Origin: Candidatus Peregrinibacteria bacterium CG10_big_fil_rev_8_21_14_0_10_49_10
GTDB lineage: Bacteria; Patescibacteriota; Gracilibacteria; Peribacterales; Peribacteraceae
Length of the DNA stretch: 64,000 nucleotides
NCBI GenBank assembly: GCA_002772545.1
Contig: PFDR01000023.1
Span: forward strand, 654-64,653
Direction: 5' to 3'
Shown: in pieces, positions 54,742-63,832 of the stretch
How the letters are laid out: each line of letters opens with the position of its first letter
Position numbering within the stretch: the stretch's first letter is position 1
Notes under the pieces: generated by a model
What the model saw: only the letters and a program-made list of their open reading frames with translations
What the model was told of the DNA's origin: nothing
The model's database searches: none
Made by a program: the position numbers and the translations under genes

Positions 54742-54851
54742 TCTTTCATTGGGCCTCAAGCGCCTTTGGATTCCAGCCAATCGCGGCTGAGCGAAGGCGG
54801 ATGGCTGGGGAGGAGGTAGATTTCTGTGTCCACTTTTTGGGGTACAGATCA

Positions 54852-54926
54852 TGGCTGGGGAGGAGGGATTCGAACCCCCGTATGCCAGGACCAAAACCTG
54901 GTGCCTTACCACTTGGCTACTCCCCA
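54852..54926 (-). tRNA. tRNA-Gln (anticodon UUG), CCA encoded
   Basis: TGGGGAG TA GCC AAGTGGTAA GGC A CCAGG TTTTGGT CCTGG CATAC GGGGG TTCGAAT CCCTC CTCCCCA G CCA. U1-A72 and G73 as in bacterial tRNA-Gln. TACAAT lies 12 nt upstream. Confidence 0.9.
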
Positions 54927-54959
54927 TCATAAGAACGCATTGTAGAGAAATAATAATTT

Positions 54960-55025
54960 CTTACCACTTGCTTGCCCTGAACCGTCCTGAACGAAGTGAA
55001 GGACTGGTTCGGGGGCTACTCCCCA
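54960..55025 (-). repeat. partial copy of tRNA-Gln positions 1-22, split by a 44-nt hairpin-containing insert
   Basis: TGGGGAGTAGCC (55025-55014) and AAGTGGTAAG (54969-54960) are identical to the tRNA 5' end. They are separated by an insert that forms GAACCaGTCCT/AGGACgGTTC. Confidence 0.7.
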
Positions 55026-55165
55026 ATAACACTTGTATGTGCCCAAAAATAGCGTGAACAGGTGCAAAAATCCACTCTCACTGCACGCTGGACGCAACGA
55101 GTATTGAGCCATTTCTCAGCTGAAATGTTTAGATAAGTACTCTTATTATAATTATAATGAAAAAC

Positions 55166-55193
55166 TTGACATTAGTCACTAAATATATATTAT
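55166..55193 (+). promoter_or_regulatory. sigma-70 promoter TTGACA-N16-TATTAT for the DUF11 giant gene
   Basis: TTGACA at 55166-55171 and TATTAT at 55188-55193. Confidence 0.55.
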
Positions 55194-55223
55194 TATCCCC
55201 TTTTGCCTCTGTTCAATTCTCCT

Positions 55224-58200
55224 ATGTCTATGAGGAAAAACCGCATAATAACTTCCTGTGGGCTTGTTACAGCCCTTATAGCCCTCATCCAGGTGAGCGG
55301 ATGGCAGAACCTCTCAGAGGTCATTGTTCCTACGGCGCAGGCAGCAACCGGCGACCTTTCCATTACAATTTCGGGACCTTCCACAACTACAAGAGGAAGT
55401 ACTGTTTCGTATGCAGTCGTAGCCACAAACGCCGGTCCGGATACGGCAACAAACGTCACTATTACAGATCCTCTGCCGTCCGGACTCACCTTTAACCCGT
55501 CTGCATCGTCTTCCAACTGTACTGTAAACGGATCCAACATCCTGTGTGACAACCTCACATTGGCAAGTGGTCAGTCCAGTAATCTTACAATTGTGCTCAA
55601 CGTTCCGGGGAACGCAACCTGTAGCTCAACCATCTCAAATCATGTAGTTGTCTCCGGTTCTTCTACGGATCCCAATTCCGGAAATAATACCAGCTCTACC
55701 ATTTCTACGGCGGTGGACTGCGGCAACGAAGCCGATGTTGCGGTCAGCAAGAGCGGACCCGGCAGCGCAAACCGCGGTGCTACCATAAGCTACAGCGTTG
55801 TCGTAAGTAATAACGGTCCGAGCACAGCACAGTCTGTGAGCATTACAGATAACGTACCTTCCGGACTCACGTTTAACCAAAGCGCTTCGGACCCCACCTG
55901 TGGAGATCTGGGATCGCAAGTGAACTGTGGCATGTTCGACATAACAAGTGGCGGGTCACGCACGGTAACCATTGCGTTCACAGTGCAAAGTACAGCTGCA
56001 TGTAGCTCCACCATCAGTAATCAGGCAACTGCAGCCTCACCCATTTCTGCAGACCCAAACAGTACCAATAACAGCAGTAACACGGTTTCCACAAGCATTA
56101 CCTGCAATAACGAAGCCGATCTCTCCATTACAAAAACAGGACCGAGTTCGGTGCAACCGGGGACAACCCTCACGTACACCATTATTGTAAGCAATGCAGG
56201 TCCGGGTACGGCGCAGACCGTGAGTATTGCAAACCCCATTCCATCCGGACTCACATTGAGCAGCGGCGCATCGGACGGTAGCTGCGCTGTAAACGGTGCA
56301 AATGTGCTGTGCAACAACATCACACTGGCAAACGGCCAGAGCAAAACCCTCAATATTGCGTTTACTGTCCCCTCTACTGCTACGTGCAACTCAAGCATTG
56401 CGAACCAGGCGACGGTTTCCACGTCTTCCACAGATCCGAATGCCGGAAACAATACAAGTGCCACAGTCACTACGACTGTGGACTGTACCAACAGTGTCGA
56501 TCTCTCCATTAGCAAATCTGCTCCGGCAAGCACCACTCCGGGTGCCACACTCATCTACACTGTTGTGATATCCAACGCCGGTCCCGGCACGGCACAGACT
56601 GTCAGCGTAGCCGATCCTGTGCCTGCAGGTCTTACATTCAGCAGTGGATCTTCGGACTCCAGCTGTGCCTTAAACGGTTCGAACGTGCTCTGTAACAACA
56701 TCACACTGGCAAGCGGCCAGAGCAGAACCATTGCCATTGCATTTACCGTACCGAGCAATGCCACTTGCAGCTCCACCATAAACAATCAGGCAACGGTTTC
56801 CACATCATCAACCGATCTGAATGCCGGAAACAATACGAGCAGTACCACCGCTACTTCTGTGATCTGCCCCGTGAGTGGTGCGGATCTCAGTATTACGCAG
56901 ACTGGTCCTATCAACGTTCCTCTGGGGAACACGATCATCTACACCGCCGTAGTGACAAATAACGGCCCGAATACGGCTACGAACGTGACGGTGACAAACC
57001 CTATTCCCTCCGGTTTCACGTTTAACGCTGCCGGATCGGATTCCAGCTGTATTGTAAACGGTTCCAATGTGCTCTGTGACAACCTCACACTCACAAACGG
57101 ACAGAGTAAGACACTGAACATTGCGTTCGTACTCCCAACCACGTTGGGTTGCAGTGCAACGCGATCCAACCAGATAACCGTTTCCGGCTCCTCCACCGAC
57201 CCCAATGCAGGCAACAACATGAGTACTGCCATTTCCACAACTGTCAGCTGTCCGTTCACGATCAACATCAATGACAGCCGTTCCAGTGCAAATGTTTCTG
57301 ATACCATCACCTACAACATTGCGGTAGCCAATACATCAAATGTCACAACAACAAATGTGGGGGTCACCGTTGCACTCTCTCCCAACGTCACATTCGTGAG
57401 TGCTGCGAACAACGGAACACACAGCAATGGCACCATTACATGGACGGGTCTTGCCATAGCACCCGGCCAGACTCTGAACCTGCAATTCACCGCAACGGTG
57501 AAGGCAAGTGCCGGCGGCACCTTAGTCCAAACTACAGCGCAAATTACAGGTACCAGCATCAGTTCCATTGATAATACGCAAATCAACGGAACAACGCAGA
57601 CGGGGTGTATTGATATTGTGAACCTCACGTTCAACCAAAACGGCAGTTCTCTTGTACCCGTGCCAACAGAATTCAACTTCTTTTTAGACGGCAGCCTTGC
57701 AACGCTCTTCCCCACAAACTCCAGCGGCCAGGCTCACATGAGTAATGTGTCTCTCGGGTCACACACCGTCGAAGAAATTATCCCCTTCGGATGGATCCTC
57801 TTTGAAATCACTCCCGCAAACGGCGTGGTGAATGTACCCACGGGAAGCACCTGTGCCACTGTGACCTTTAAGAACCTCAAGCAGCCTACCAGTCCTCCGT
57901 TCCTCACCATTACCAAAACGGATAACCGCACAACAGTAAGTGCCAACGAAACACTGGTCTACACAATCACCGTCAGCAACGCCTCAAACGTGCCGGCTCT
58001 CAAAGTGAGCGTAGGAGATTTGATCCCATCCAATACGACTTTCATTTCCGCATCGGATAACGGTACACAGGAACCACCTCTGGTGGTGTGGAGAGACCTC
58101 GTGGTACCCGCAGGAGGCAGTAAACAACTGACGTTGACCGTTCAGGTCAAAAGCAACGTGCAGAACGGTGAGAGCATTGTAAACCAGGCACAAATTCATC

Positions 58201-60569
58201 ATGGTCAAACTGCTGTAGATACCACCACAGTGACGACCACCACGAGTACCGGATGTATCGACGTTGTGAAAGAGACATTCAATACAACGGGTAATCCCAT
58301 TTCACCCGTTGCCCAGTTCACCTTCCGTCTGGATGGAGGAGCACAGACCGTGAGTAACGATTCCAGCGGCAATGCGAAATTCTCGAATGTTGCCTCTGGT
58401 ACACACACCGTTGAAGAACTCATTCCTACAGGATGGGTACTGCTCTCCGTCACACCCGCAAACGGCATCATTTCCGTTGGAAACGGATCCAGCTGCTCCA
58501 CTGTTATCTTTAAAAACCAGCAACAGATTGGTGGTAGCCCCACATTCACCATTAGCAAGACGGATAACCGCACCACAGTGACGCAGGGCGAAACCCTTAC
58601 CTACGCCATCACGGTTCAAAACACCTCATCGGTCACAGCCAATAACGTGACTGTCACCGATACACTGCCCAGCAACGTCAGCTTCCAGAGTGCTACCAAC
58701 AACGGTTCTCAGACGAGCGGAACTGTTACGTGGTCCGGACTCACCATTGGTGCAGGGAGCAGCATAACACTCACCGTTACCGTGACGGTGAACAACAACG
58801 TGGTGAATGGCACAACCATCACCAATACAGCGCAAATAGTAGGCGGTCCCTCCGCAACAGATACCACAACGGTCAGCAGTACGGCAGCTCCCTCTCTTAC
58901 CATTAGCAAGACGGACAACCGCTCTACCGTAACGCCGAACGAAACACTCACCTACGTGATTACCATTCAAAACACATCTGCCACTACAGCCACCAATGTG
59001 AGTGTCACAGACCTGCTCCCAAACAATGTGACTTTCGTGCTTGCAACAAGTAATGGCACGTTCAACGGACAGAACGTTACGTGGAACAATCTGACGGTCA
59101 ATGGCAACAGCAGCCTCACGCTCACTCTGCAACTGCGTGTAAACAGCGGAACGAGCAATGGAACCATACTTACAAACGTCGCTCAAATTACAGGTGGACT
59201 GAGCGCCACGGATACCACAACCGTACAAGGAGGAACCGTAGATGCAAACAATGTGACTATTGACCTCACAGACGAACGGGATCCCGTAAAACCAGGAGAG
59301 TCCTTCTGCTACACCCTTCGTGTAACCAACTTAAATGCCAGTACATTGGACAGACAGCTGGTGACGCAAACACTGGATGGCATGACAACCTTCCAGTCGG
59401 CTTCTCAGGGGGGTTCGCACAACAGTGATATTGTTACCTGGAACAACGTGAGCATTCCGGCAAATGGCACAACGACGCTCATCAGTTGCGTACGTGTGGA
59501 CTCCAATACAGAGCTGGATGAAATTTTAAACTCTCAGGCTTTTATAGGCAGTAAGAGTGATGTGGAAACGACCGTCGTAAGTGATGATGACTTCTTCTTC
59601 ACAGGAGACGGAGACCGCCGCTGCGAAATTCAGAGCATTTCCGATACGCCGGACCCTGCACAACCAGGCGAAACCATTACCTACAGCATTCGTGTGCGAA
59701 ACGGTTCTGCCACCACTAATGTCTCGAGTAGCTCCCGCCTCTTCAATATCGTCGCCTTTGTAGATAACGATCTTACGTTCCTTTCTGCGAGTGATGGTGG
59801 AGAAGAAGATGGAGCACGGGAAGTGGAATGGAAGGATATCCGGCTCCGCAGGGGGGAAAGTGATTCTGTCCGCCTCACGGTACGTGTCAATGATACCGTG
59901 CGCGATGAGCGGGTACGCATTCGGGTACAGTGTGAAGATGACGAAGAATACGAGAACACGCGTATTGAAAAAGATGGAACAGTACCTACAGGTGACGGCC
60001 ATGTGCGCGCCAGCATAGACAAACGTGCAAGTCAGCAGGAAGCAAAGCCGGGAGACCTTGTAACCTACACTGTCACGCTGCGGAACCTCACGAACAATAC
60101 CGCCAAGAACGTACGGGTAGAAGATCGCTTCTCAGCCGGATCCATCTCCATTCAGGATGCCGGAGGCGGTGACGTAATCGGCAATGGCATTGCATGGGAC
60201 GTTCCCACGCTGGGACCAAATGACACCCGCGTCTTCACCTACCGCATCCGCATAGGTCCGGACATGCGCCACGGAGAAATAGTGAGCAACACGGTTGTGG
60301 CAACCAGTCAGGACTTCGATAGGCCCGCAACGGACATAGAGGAAGTACGCGTACTCACACAGCTCCCTCAAACGGGAGCAGTCGGTGGATTCTTCCGCTC
60401 CTTCCGGGAAACAGCACAGAACCTACGACCCACTAGCAGAATTGCGAGCTTGGCACCGGAAGGCAGTGGAACGGGTGCCGCAGCCATCGAATTCATCGTC
60501 TGGACAAGCATCATTTCCATAGGACTCTTGGGAGGCACTGTGATAGGGCGAAAGGTGTTCCCATTTTAA
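55224..60569 (+). CDS. giant cell-surface protein with DUF11-type repeats, prealbumin/SpaA-like domains and a C-terminal LPQTG-type anchor
   Basis: ORF track 55203..60569; ATG at 55224 is preferred as the start. Signal peptide, then at least 8 tandem 4-Cys repeats of about 110 aa (ADLSI.K.GP......G..+.Y...V.N.GP..A..V...D..P.GLT). Later come TITKTDNRTTV-type repeats and two GCIDIV..TFN...G...P domains. Ends with LPQTGA, a hydrophobic segment and GRKVFPF. Confidence 0.85.
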   Translation: MSMRKNRIITSCGLVTALIALIQVSGWQNLSEVIVPTAQAATGDLSITISGPSTTTRGSTVSYAVVATNAGPDTATNVTITDPLPSGLTFNPSASSSNCTVNGSNILCDNLTLASGQSSNLTIVLNVPGNATCSSTISNHVVVSGSSTDPNSGNNTSSTISTAVDCGNEADVAVSKSGPGSANRGATISYSVVVSNNGPSTAQSVSITDNVPSGLTFNQSASDPTCGDLGSQVNCGMFDITSGGSRTVTIAFTVQSTAACSSTISNQATAASPISADPNSTNNSSNTVSTSITCNNEADLSITKTGPSSVQPGTTLTYTIIVSNAGPGTAQTVSIANPIPSGLTLSSGASDGSCAVNGANVLCNNITLANGQSKTLNIAFTVPSTATCNSSIANQATVSTSSTDPNAGNNTSATVTTTVDCTNSVDLSISKSAPASTTPGATLIYTVVISNAGPGTAQTVSVADPVPAGLTFSSGSSDSSCALNGSNVLCNNITLASGQSRTIAIAFTVPSNATCSSTINNQATVSTSSTDLNAGNNTSSTTATSVICPVSGADLSITQTGPINVPLGNTIIYTAVVTNNGPNTATNVTVTNPIPSGFTFNAAGSDSSCIVNGSNVLCDNLTLTNGQSKTLNIAFVLPTTLGCSATRSNQITVSGSSTDPNAGNNMSTAISTTVSCPFTININDSRSSANVSDTITYNIAVANTSNVTTTNVGVTVALSPNVTFVSAANNGTHSNGTITWTGLAIAPGQTLNLQFTATVKASAGGTLVQTTAQITGTSISSIDNTQINGTTQTGCIDIVNLTFNQNGSSLVPVPTEFNFFLDGSLATLFPTNSSGQAHMSNVSLGSHTVEEIIPFGWILFEITPANGVVNVPTGSTCATVTFKNLKQPTSPPFLTITKTDNRTTVSANETLVYTITVSNASNVPALKVSVGDLIPSNTTFISASDNGTQEPPLVVWRDLVVPAGGSKQLTLTVQVKSNVQNGESIVNQAQIHHGQTAVDTTTVTTTTSTGCIDVVKETFNTTGNPISPVAQFTFRLDGGAQTVSNDSSGNAKFSNVASGTHTVEELIPTGWVLLSVTPANGIISVGNGSSCSTVIFKNQQQIGGSPTFTISKTDNRTTVTQGETLTYAITVQNTSSVTANNVTVTDTLPSNVSFQSATNNGSQTSGTVTWSGLTIGAGSSITLTVTVTVNNNVVNGTTITNTAQIVGGPSATDTTTVSSTAAPSLTISKTDNRSTVTPNETLTYVITIQNTSATTATNVSVTDLLPNNVTFVLATSNGTFNGQNVTWNNLTVNGNSSLTLTLQLRVNSGTSNGTILTNVAQITGGLSATDTTTVQGGTVDANNVTIDLTDERDPVKPGESFCYTLRVTNLNASTLDRQLVTQTLDGMTTFQSASQGGSHNSDIVTWNNVSIPANGTTTLISCVRVDSNTELDEILNSQAFIGSKSDVETTVVSDDDFFFTGDGDRRCEIQSISDTPDPAQPGETITYSIRVRNGSATTNVSSSSRLFNIVAFVDNDLTFLSASDGGEEDGAREVEWKDIRLRRGESDSVRLTVRVNDTVRDERVRIRVQCEDDEEYENTRIEKDGTVPTGDGHVRASIDKRASQQEAKPGDLVTYTVTLRNLTNNTAKNVRVEDRFSAGSISIQDAGGGDVIGNGIAWDVPTLGPNDTRVFTYRIRIGPDMRHGEIVSNTVVATSQDFDRPATDIEEVRVLTQLPQTGAVGGFFRSFRETAQNLRPTSRIASLAPEGSGTGAAAIEFIVWTSIISIGLLGGTVIGRKVFPF

Positions 60570-60600
60570 GAGCCAGAAGAAGGAAACCGCTGAACGAACC

Positions 60601-61167
60601 TTACTTGCCCTGCTCCGCACCTGTTTCCAGTACAAATTCCCGTACAAGATCTGCAATGCCTCCCAGAGCAGTCTGGATGGCCGCCTTCTCTTCTGCGGAA
60701 GGAACACTGAGTACCCATCCGGCTACGTCTGTACTGGGAGAAGGTTTTGCGCCCAGTCCAATACGGAGCCGTGGATACGCCTCACCGAATTTTGCCTGGA
60801 GAGAACGCAGTCCATTGTGTGTTCCGGGTCCGCCACTTGTACGCAGTCGTAACTCGCCTAACGGAATATCGATATCATCGCACAGAACCATCACTTGATG
60901 TGCCGGATCCAGTTTGAAAAAATCTACAATCTTCTCCACGGCATTGCCGGAGAGATTCATATATGTCTGTGGCTTCACCAGTAACACCGGAACAGTGACA
61001 ATGCGTGCTTCCTGCACGACAGAGAGGAACTTCTGCTTCTCTTCCCACTCCCCCACACCAAATGCTTCGGAGAGTACATCCACAGCACGAAAACCTACAT
61101 TGTGTCGTGTTTCTGCATACTGCGTACCGGGATTGCCCAGACCAACAATAACAAGATTCGGCTTCAT
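60601..61167 (-). CDS. pth: peptidyl-tRNA hydrolase
   Basis: LVIVGLGNPGTQYAETRHNVGF N-terminus. 188 aa. Confidence 0.95.
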   Translation of the reverse strand: MKPNLVIVGLGNPGTQYAETRHNVGFRAVDVLSEAFGVGEWEEKQKFLSVVQEARIVTVPVLLVKPQTYMNLSGNAVEKIVDFFKLDPAHQVMVLCDDIDIPLGELRLRTSGGPGTHNGLRSLQAKFGEAYPRLRIGLGAKPSPSTDVAGWVLSVPSAEEKAAIQTALGGIADLVREFVLETGAEQGK

Positions 61168-61180
61168 AGATGCCGATAGG

Positions 61181-61576
61181 TTAGCACAGATCCTGGAACG
61201 CGCGACGTAAGGCGGTCACCGCACGGTCACTCTCCTGTTTGGAAACACGCATACCCGGTTCATGTGCAATACGATTGCGCAGCTTGTGAGCTGCCCATAC
61301 GGCATTGAGATCGGAAAAACGCGGCCCGGCCTTCTTTAGTTTTTCAGCGAGCGAACCGCTATACCCCGAGGCACCCAAGGCAGAATCCAAAATACTGTCT
61401 GCCTCCAGCACACGCCGAAGATCGTCCTGAATCTGTTCCAGTGACTTCCACTGTGCCAGGAGTTTCTTCTGCACGGAACCCGAAAGTTTTCTGCCACGCA
61501 AACGCAAGAAAACGAATCCCACAAAAAAGAGACCAATGGCCCCTGCAATAGCTACAATAAAGAAAGGATTGCTCAT
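61181..61576 (-). CDS. membrane-anchored protein with an R-x4-H (HEPN/DUF4145-like) motif
   Basis: N-terminal TM segment. C-terminal AAHKLRNRIAHEPG resembles the HEPN Rx4-6H motif. Confidence 0.4.
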   Translation of the reverse strand: MSNPFFIVAIAGAIGLFFVGFVFLRLRGRKLSGSVQKKLLAQWKSLEQIQDDLRRVLEADSILDSALGASGYSGSLAEKLKKAGPRFSDLNAVWAAHKLRNRIAHEPGMRVSKQESDRAVTALRRAFQDLC

Positions 61577-62229
61577 AATCTCTGTGAAGAAGAAAGTTCT
61601 GCATCTTCCGCAGAAAGCTCCTGTCGCTGCACTTCCCGCGCAACAATAGTAGAGAAGAGTTCCTGCACGTTCTTTGCATTCTTGAGGTTCTTGGCATGTA
61701 AATACTCCTCCATGTTCTGGAGGATAATTCCTTCTACTTTCCGTGGACTGGGTACGTTCTCCAGAGAAATAGCTCCTCCTGTTGATATTTTTTCGATGGT
61801 AATCGTCCCGTAGCGCAGCAGAGTATTGGTCACACCCTGAATTTCATAACCTACACCCTGAATATCACTGTAGAGAATACGGGCAGATTGACGATGGAAC
61901 CACCCGTGCCACTCCACGTCAATAATTCCCATATTGGTGACAATCCAGGCATCTAAGTAGTAGTCGAAAAAATTACGCAAAAACCACACGAGTGAAACCA
62001 GACTCCAGAGAGAAATGGCATAGAACACACCGCGAGAAGGAGCCAAATACAGAAGAATCCAACAGGCAAGAAACGACGTTGCTGGCCAGAACAGAAAACG
62101 AAATCCTCTAAACCAATGCTTATGAACCACATAGGCAATGCGCTCATCTTCTTCCAGGTGCCGTCCAAAGAATCGTTCGTTCAGGTGAAACACAACCCGT
62201 AGTGTACAACAGAGTATCGTGCGACGCAC
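61573..62229 (-). CDS. membrane protein with a possible bacterial PH (DUF304-like) domain
   Basis: LEEDERIAYVVHKHWF followed by two TM segments and a soluble C-terminal domain. Has a 4-nt overlap with the downstream gene. GTG start. Confidence 0.4.
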   Translation of the reverse strand: MRRTILCCTLRVVFHLNERFFGRHLEEDERIAYVVHKHWFRGFRFLFWPATSFLACWILLYLAPSRGVFYAISLWSLVSLVWFLRNFFDYYLDAWIVTNMGIIDVEWHGWFHRQSARILYSDIQGVGYEIQGVTNTLLRYGTITIEKISTGGAISLENVPSPRKVEGIILQNMEEYLHAKNLKNAKNVQELFSTIVAREVQRQELSAEDAELSSSQRL

Positions 62230-62297
62230 ATGGAAGCAGTGGCACTGCAGTACTGTAGAGACTATACAAGGAGAGAGAGCGCTCCTATACTGCTACC

Positions 62298-62921
62298 ATG
62301 GCAATACAGAAAACCGGTCTGTGGTATCACATGTTCGACGTCGTGCTCAACATTGTCATTATAGTGGCAATTGTAGGAGCTATTCGGACATTTCTCATTT
62401 CTCCTTTTCAGGTGGAAGGCAGCTCTATGTCCGACACACTGGAGCATAAGGAATACATCATCATCAATAAACTCGCTTACCATATCGGCACGCCAAAAAA
62501 CGGCGACGTGGTGGTGTTCCGTCCTCCTACAGATATGAAGAAGCATTACGTGAAACGTGTCATTGGCACCCCCGGAGACACCATCACCATTAAAAACGGG
62601 GAGGTGTACATCAAGAGAAAGGATGACATCAGAGAAGAACTCCTGCCAGAACCGTACCTGAGCGAACGGAACAAGGGAAAGACGTACAGGCACCCACCCA
62701 CCAGCGGTGATACCAGTGAAATTTCCTATACCGTTCCCGAGGGAGAATACTTCCTCCTGGGAGATAACCGTCAGGGAAGCCTCGACTCACGCAGTTTTAT
62801 GGACGAAGACGACCATCCAGCCCCCTTTGTGCCGGAAGACGATATGAAGGGTCTGGTGTGGTTCATTGCACTGCCTGTTACAAGGATGCATGCGCTGCAG
62901 CCGCCGGACTATGGGTTCTAA
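62298..62921 (+). CDS. lepB: signal peptidase I
   Basis: EGSSMSDTL (catalytic Ser), YVKRVIGTPGD (Lys) and LGDNRQGSLDSR boxes. TATACT (62286-62291) lies 6 nt upstream. Confidence 0.9.
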   Translation: MAIQKTGLWYHMFDVVLNIVIIVAIVGAIRTFLISPFQVEGSSMSDTLEHKEYIIINKLAYHIGTPKNGDVVVFRPPTDMKKHYVKRVIGTPGDTITIKNGEVYIKRKDDIREELLPEPYLSERNKGKTYRHPPTSGDTSEISYTVPEGEYFLLGDNRQGSLDSRSFMDEDDHPAPFVPEDDMKGLVWFIALPVTRMHALQPPDYGF

Positions 62922-63025
62922 TTTCTCGTTTCTCGTTTCTAATCCTTCTGAATTCCCTTGCACAGTCCACTTCCCCTGCAGTACAATACGGTACGTCTCG
63001 CCCCGAGGCTTTTTTAGGGAAGATT

Positions 63026-63214
63026 ATGCGATTTATCACCACCTACATCAACGACTGCGTACAGGAGCTCCACCATGTCCGGTGGCCTACACGGCACCAG
63101 GCAATACGGCTCTCTCTCATAGTCCTCGGCTTTGTGGCTGCTTCCACTGCACTGTTTGGCCTTCTGGATTTCGGCTTGGCAAAGGCCGTCTCTCTTCTTC
63201 TTTCCTTCGCTTAA
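63026..63214 (+). CDS. secE: preprotein translocase subunit SecE
   Basis: 62 aa. ELHHVRWPTR followed by a single TM segment. Located immediately upstream of nusG. Confidence 0.75.
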   Translation: MRFITTYINDCVQELHHVRWPTRHQAIRLSLIVLGFVAASTALFGLLDFGLAKAVSLLLSFA

Positions 63215-63217
63215 GCT

Positions 63218-63763
63218 ATGGGTAAACAAGATCCAAATGCCGGACGGAACTGGTACGTCGTTCACACCTACGCCGGGTATGAAGACGCTGTAAAACAAGC
63301 ACTCTTACAGCGCGTGGAGTCTATGGGAATGCAGGATTACATCTTTGATATACAGGTACCCAAAGAGAAACAGCTCACCTTCCGCAAAGGAGAACCTATA
63401 GAAGAAGAAAAAAAGCTCTTTCCCGGCTACGTGCTGGTGTACATGATTGTCACAGACGAAAGTTGGTACCTCGTACGCAATACCCCTAACGTTACGGGAT
63501 TCGTTGGCTCCGGCAATATTCCGGTTCCTGTCACTCCGGAAGAGTACGGCGTCATAGAACGACGCGTGGGCGAACAGGAAGCAAAGTTCAAAAGCGACTT
63601 CCAGATGGGAGATTTGGTGATCATTGTCGACGGTCCTTTCAAAAACTACGAAGGAACGGTGGACAGTGTGGATGTAAATAAGGGGAAAATTACGGTCATG
63701 GTACTCATCTTCGACCGCGAAACCCCCGTGGAGCTCGACTTCACCCAGGCGCAGAAGAAATAG
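63218..63763 (+). CDS. nusG: transcription termination/antitermination factor NusG
   Basis: NWYVVHTYAGYE NGN domain, FPGYVLV, and KOW motif GDLVIIVDGPFKNYEGTV. Confidence 0.95.
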   Translation: MGKQDPNAGRNWYVVHTYAGYEDAVKQALLQRVESMGMQDYIFDIQVPKEKQLTFRKGEPIEEEKKLFPGYVLVYMIVTDESWYLVRNTPNVTGFVGSGNIPVPVTPEEYGVIERRVGEQEAKFKSDFQMGDLVIIVDGPFKNYEGTVDSVDVNKGKITVMVLIFDRETPVELDFTQAQKK

Positions 63764-63832
63764 ACGTTCGCTAAAGTGACGTTCCGACTCTCTTGGTGAC
63801 AGTACCCTTCTGTTTTGTGTATCATCAGAATA

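Noticed and set aside
55340-57260. Regular repeats of about 330 bp that could be mistaken for a CRISPR or satellite array (also 20865-23440)
   Set aside because: The repeats are in frame inside long ORFs and encode protein domain repeats. The period is far too long for CRISPR, there are no unique short spacers, and no cas genes are present.
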